DNA from: a virus
Lineage: Duplodnaviria > Caudoviricetes
Reading direction: 5' to 3' (one strand)
IMG/VR virus record: IMGVR_UViG_3300027808_000075
Coordinates: 1 to 37,219 of that record
DNA length: 37,219 bases
In this document: piece by piece, positions 33,566-37,219 of the stretch
Layout of the letters: every line of letters begins with the position of its first letter
Position numbering within the stretch: the first letter of the stretch is position 1
Notes under the pieces: model-generated
What the model was told of the DNA's origin: nothing
The model's input: the letters and a program-made list of their open reading frames with translations, nothing else
Databases searched by the model: none
Translations under genes and position numbers: made by a program

Positions 33566-33727
33566 ATGAATACACCTATGAACACACTAGATAAAGCCGT
33601 CCTCGCAGCCATCAAAGCACTCTGGCCTAAGGTCAGGTCCAAGCTTGACAGCAAGACCCAGCAACTAATTGACAACCTGCTTGGCGAAACAGTCAAGACG
33701 GTCTTGACTAAAGCACCTCAAAAATAA
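33566..33727 (+). CDS. Small basic helical protein (53 aa), not in ORF track
   Basis: MNTPMNTLDKAVLAAIKALWPKVRSKLDSKTQQLIDNLLGETVKTVLTKAPQK*. Contains palindrome copy 6. Confidence 0.7.
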   Translation: MNTPMNTLDKAVLAAIKALWPKVRSKLDSKTQQLIDNLLGETVKTVLTKAPQK

Positions 33728-33826
33728 TTGGAAATAAATTCTTGACGGCAAAAGCAAACTGAATTACAAGACTCTCCGGCACGGTCCAACCCCCTGCCAA
33801 CCCAACAAAACAAAAACAAAAATAAT

Positions 33827-34918
33827 ATGACAACGAACAACGCAATCAATCCAATCCGCCCATCCGAACTGCTTCCCCTCGCTGAGGCAGCACTCCTCGT
33901 CAACCGTTTCCTCATGATCGTAGGGTCAGGGGGTGCAGGCAAGACCAGCATGGTCTGCAATGTCCTCGGCCCTCAGATGGGGCGTGAGGTGTGGGACGTT
34001 AACCTCAACGGTCAAGGCCCCCAAGAAACTGTCGGCTACCTTGTGCCCGACTCCGCTACAAGGGACGCATGGTTCTCCGCTCCTGAAATCTGGCCAACCC
34101 TCGACCGTGTCGGTGACAAGCCTGTCCTCTTGTTCCTCGACGAGGTCAACGACTACGACCCACAAGTCAGGGCCTTGCTTCGGTCACTCTACCCTGCATC
34201 CGGTAACCGGAAGGTGGGTTCCCATACGTTGGGCACTAACGTCTTCGTTGTGTGTGCCACTAACCGTAGACAGGACGGCACTCGCTCCGCTGTGGAAGAT
34301 GCCCCGTTCACCGAGCGATGCATCAAGGTGACGCTCGACCCCAACGTATCAGACTGGCTCGACTGGTATGACGGACGACAAGAACTGGTGGCGAGTGGTT
34401 CACACGTTCCGGCATTCCTTCGCTTCGGCACGACAGGTGGTGACGGTCTCGACCATTTCAACCCGCCAGTTGTCATGCCCTACGATGGTGCACCGCATCC
34501 TTGTCCTCGGACATGGGAGGCAGTCGCTCTGCTTGAGCCCATCCGTAAGTCATCGCAAGAAGTTTACCGTAAGGCAGTCAAGGGTAGCATCGGTGACCGT
34601 GCGGCAACTGCGTTCTTCGCATTCTTGCAGCACGTTGACAAGCTGCCTGACATTGCCAGCCTCCGCAGCAATCCTGACGGGTTCAAAGTGCCAGATGATC
34701 CGGCCTCGCAGTTCGCTCTTGTCTCAGCCTGCCTGAGTCAGGCAACGAGGGGCGTGAAGGACATCCCGATTGCGGTGCATAGCGGAGGCTTCGACTGGCT
34801 TGTTACCCTACTGCTCAAATGCAGAGGCGACATCCGCGAGTTCGGTGCACGTTCCGCCGAGCGTCGAGGCATCCCCCTCAGCGAGCATCCTAAGTCCCAT
34901 GCCTTGATCCTCGGATAA
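33827..34918 (+). CDS. MoxR/AAA_5-like AAA+ ATPase
   Basis: GSGGAGKTS, LLFLDEVN, VVCATN, arginine finger (TER) and PCPRTWE. Confidence 0.88.
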   Translation: MTTNNAINPIRPSELLPLAEAALLVNRFLMIVGSGGAGKTSMVCNVLGPQMGREVWDVNLNGQGPQETVGYLVPDSATRDAWFSAPEIWPTLDRVGDKPVLLFLDEVNDYDPQVRALLRSLYPASGNRKVGSHTLGTNVFVVCATNRRQDGTRSAVEDAPFTERCIKVTLDPNVSDWLDWYDGRQELVASGSHVPAFLRFGTTGGDGLDHFNPPVVMPYDGAPHPCPRTWEAVALLEPIRKSSQEVYRKAVKGSIGDRAATAFFAFLQHVDKLPDIASLRSNPDGFKVPDDPASQFALVSACLSQATRGVKDIPIAVHSGGFDWLVTLLLKCRGDIREFGARSAERRGIPLSEHPKSHALILG

Positions 34919-35004
34919 GTCAAGACGGTCTTGACTTTCCACTGCGTAGCTTACCGCATAGTTGAAGCGTTCATTAACAACAAAACAAAATAGACAGTAA
35001 CATT

Positions 35005-35886
35005 ATGACAACAACCAATACATCCCTGAACCTGAAGGTCGCTCAATCCCTTGTGCTCTGCCACTATGCGACGACAGCACCTGCCACTACCGCACTCAAC
35101 CGTTCGGCTTCGGCCCGTGCAATCACATCAGCCGGAGCGGAGAAGGACGCAGCCCGCCTATACAATACCATCCTTGCCGCTAAGGGCACGGCGGTGGGCA
35201 AGGCGATCAGCTTGCAGCAGCGGACAGGCGTTGCCGTTCGCCGCTTCGGTATGCTCTGCCAGACTGGCGGGTTCTACCTCCGTGTGAAGGACGTAGGTGA
35301 AGTGCAGAACGTGTTCGATGATGCGATGGTGGAGCTCGATACGATTCGTGAGGACATCCTCGCTACGTATCCTGACCTGCTTAACATCATCAAGGGCAGG
35401 CTTGCTGGCTTCGCCAACGAGGTCAACATCCCATCCGCTACGGAAGTGGCGAGCAAGTTCACGATGCGCTTGTCCGTCATCAATCGTCCGGTGTCCGTCA
35501 ATGAGGCGGTGCTCACTGGCTTAACCGAGGAGGTAGCTAATCGGGTAAGGGCAGACAGCCAACGCCAGATCGAAGAGGACTTCCGCACCTCCCATGCGGG
35601 GCCTGTTCGTGACCTCAAGAAAGTGATCGAGGACTTCACCGATGCGATGCGTAACGCCGACCGCTTGCACCTGACACAGTTTGACAAGCTGCGTGACGAG
35701 GCAAAGCGTGTGAAGAATCTAAACTTCCTTGACCTGCCCGAGATCGATGAGGTAGTAAGGCTTGCCGCCGATGCAGCGGCACTGCCAATCGGGATACCGA
35801 CAAAGGATGAACGTGCAGTCATCGCCGCGAAAGCAGACAAGGCAATCAGCAAAGCAGACGAGACGCTCGCCGCCCTCGGCCTGTAA
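35005..35886 (+). CDS. DUF3150-like protein
   Basis: 293 aa, mostly helical, P.A.EV..KF motif. Position between the AAA ATPase and the vWA gene. Confidence 0.55.
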   Translation: MTTTNTSLNLKVAQSLVLCHYATTAPATTALNRSASARAITSAGAEKDAARLYNTILAAKGTAVGKAISLQQRTGVAVRRFGMLCQTGGFYLRVKDVGEVQNVFDDAMVELDTIREDILATYPDLLNIIKGRLAGFANEVNIPSATEVASKFTMRLSVINRPVSVNEAVLTGLTEEVANRVRADSQRQIEEDFRTSHAGPVRDLKKVIEDFTDAMRNADRLHLTQFDKLRDEAKRVKNLNFLDLPEIDEVVRLAADAAALPIGIPTKDERAVIAAKADKAISKADETLAALGL

Positions 35887-35907
35887 CCTGTAACCTGTAA
35901 CGGGATG

Positions 35908-35938
35908 GTTCAAGGTCGCACACTGCGATCTTGAACCT
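35908..35938 (+). other. Intergenic stem-loop
   Basis: GGTTCAAGGTCGCA-cac-TGCGATCTTGAACC, 14 bp with one G-U pair. Confidence 0.6.
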
Positions 35939-35963
35939 CCCCCACCTAACCTAAATAAAATAT

Positions 35964-37219
35964 ATGAAATCAAATACAATAGATCCAACATCGTTCCCTT
36001 CAGACCATCCGCTTGCCGCTGCCATGCGTAGCGTCAGTCGCCACTGGTTCCTCGCATACAGCAAGCTCATGTCAATGGAGTGGGAGTGGTCCGATGCCAT
36101 CCCCTACGGCGCAACCGATGGTCGCCGCCTGCTGCTCAACCGCAGTGGCATCGATAAACTTTGCCGCCAGCCCAATGCGACTGGCCTGATCGCATTCTTG
36201 CTGGTGCACGAATCCCTTCATGCCCTATTGGGGCACGGCTGGAGACTGGCTAAGCTGACAGATGCGAAGCGTGCAAACATCGCCGCCGACTACGTCATCA
36301 ATGCGATGATCGCGATGCGTAACCGTGAGCTCAAGCGGGAGGTGTTCCCCTTCATCGAAGGTGTGCTGCTCGACGAAGCATTGTCTGGCGACAAGTCAGT
36401 CGAGCAACTCTATCGAGAACTCAGCAAGCCACAGCCCAAACAAGAACCACAACCACAACCACAACCACAACCACAACCACAACCTAAACAACAAGACAAT
36501 GAACCTGAACAAGACACGGATGAAACTAATGAAGGACAAGACAAGTCTGATACCGAAGACGAAAGCGGAGAAGACGATAGCAAACAAGGTGATGGCAAGT
36601 GTGATGCCGACGGAGGAGAGGACGATGTCAGCGTCGGGGAAAGCGAAGGCGGGGAAGGCGAAGAACTACAAGGGTTACCGCAAGAGCTAGACAGCGACGA
36701 CCTCTCCGACTTCGTAGGAACCGGAGCCGATGACAACATCGAACCGGAAGCGGAGGAGGGTGAGACACAAGCCGAGGCAATCGACAAGATCGAGGAGGAC
36801 AACGACCGTATCCTCATAGCTGACGAGATTGATAGGAGACAGCAAGCGAGCGGCGGATCTACCGGACAGCGTGTCGGTAGCCAGCGCAGCTACGGTTCGA
36901 CGTTAGGTTGGCCTGACCTGCTGCGTGAGTGGCTCACCAATCGTTCACGCTGCGGATGGGATGCGCCGTTCAATGCTCCGGTCTATTCCACAACAGGAGT
37001 AGTGGGTGCTGGCAGACGTAACAAGAAGGCAGGCGAGATCGTGCTGGTGCTTGATACCTCCGGCTCAATCGGACAGCGCACGTATGACCGCTTCCTACAA
37101 GAGGCACAGTGTATCCTCGACGAGCTCAAGCCGGAGCGTCTGCACCTACTGTCCGTGTCCCATGTCGTAGCCGATGTCGTCTCTCTTGAGGCAGGTGACA
37201 CAGTGCCTGACAAACTGAG
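35964..37219 (+). CDS. HEXXH metallopeptidase + vWA protein (DUF2201-like), runs off the window end; absent from ORF track
   Basis: Manual translation: GATDG, LLVHESLHALLGH, NIAADYVIN, (QP)n/acidic linker and in-frame VLVLDTSGS MIDAS at 37041. Confidence 0.88.
   Translation, partial: MKSNTIDPTSFPSDHPLAAAMRSVSRHWFLAYSKLMSMEWEWSDAIPYGATDGRRLLLNRSGIDKLCRQPNATGLIAFLLVHESLHALLGHGWRLAKLTDAKRANIAADYVINAMIAMRNRELKREVFPFIEGVLLDEALSGDKSVEQLYRELSKPQPKQEPQPQPQPQPQPQPKQQDNEPEQDTDETNEGQDKSDTEDESGEDDSKQGDGKCDADGGEDDVSVGESEGGEGEELQGLPQELDSDDLSDFVGTGADDNIEPEAEEGETQAEAIDKIEEDNDRILIADEIDRRQQASGGSTGQRVGSQRSYGSTLGWPDLLREWLTNRSRCGWDAPFNAPVYSTTGVVGAGRRNKKAGEIVLVLDTSGSIGQRTYDRFLQEAQCILDELKPERLHLLSVSHVVADVVSLEAGDTVPDKL

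Larger units (their letters stand above)
31187..34936. repeat. Dispersed 18-19-bp palindrome AGTCAAGAC(G/C)GTCTTGAC(T), 7 copies
   Basis: Copies at 31187, 31691, 32081, 33007, 33491, 33691 and 34918. Confidence 0.97.
33031..34964 (+). promoter_or_regulatory. Conserved upstream box CTGCGTAGCTTACCGCATAGTTG(+NAGCACCAAC.CTAAA), 4 copies
   Basis: Copies at 33031, 33273, 33515 and 34942. Each 23-bp core ends 28-40 nt before an ATG. Confidence 0.8.

Noticed and set aside
31187-34936. Palindrome TTGAC arms as standard sigma70 -35 elements
   Set aside because: No acceptable -10 hexamer at ~17 bp on the + strand in the copies checked.
36325-36690. ORF with HN repeats (and antisense CG/WL repeats)
   Set aside because: Alternative frames of the CAACCA hexamer run that encodes the (QP)n linker in the real 35964-start gene.

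Overview
This is a 37 kb slice of a tailed dsDNA phage genome, probably podovirus-like and infecting a Gram-negative host (spanin pair present). No host genes, tRNA/rRNA, CRISPR array, integrase or terminase are visible. There are three blocks. (1) + strand replication module, 1-8867: SF2 helicase, Cas4-like/DUF2800-type nuclease, probable SSB, family-A DNA polymerase with Leu at the 762-equivalent site, and a primase-SF3 helicase. (2) - strand virion/lysis module, 8864-29686: portal, scaffold, major capsid, small head proteins, holins, spanins, amidase, two adaptor+fibre modules, an 837-aa Ser-rich protein and a T4-type lysozyme. Many of these genes have their own near-leaderless sigma70-type promoter. 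(3) After an AT-rich and heptamer-repeat switch region (about 29725-30800), a + strand early/accessory region with short genes, a Gp88-like protein and an AAA ATPase / DUF3150-like / HEXXH-vWA trio. The three most striking observations are: (a) the 837-aa protein carries a ~325-residue Ser/Thr tract symmetric about a central YVW, with equal 36-bp repeat expansions in both arms, suggesting a giant, length-tunable beta-hairpin tube; (b) a 19-bp palindrome (7 copies) and a 23-39-bp box (4 copies) punctuate the early genes like cassettes; (c) a [ST]FxxA[VI]xxx[MF] motif is shared by the scaffold C-terminus and four other proteins, a possible capsid-targeting tag. All family assignments come from motif recognition by eye; no database search was run.
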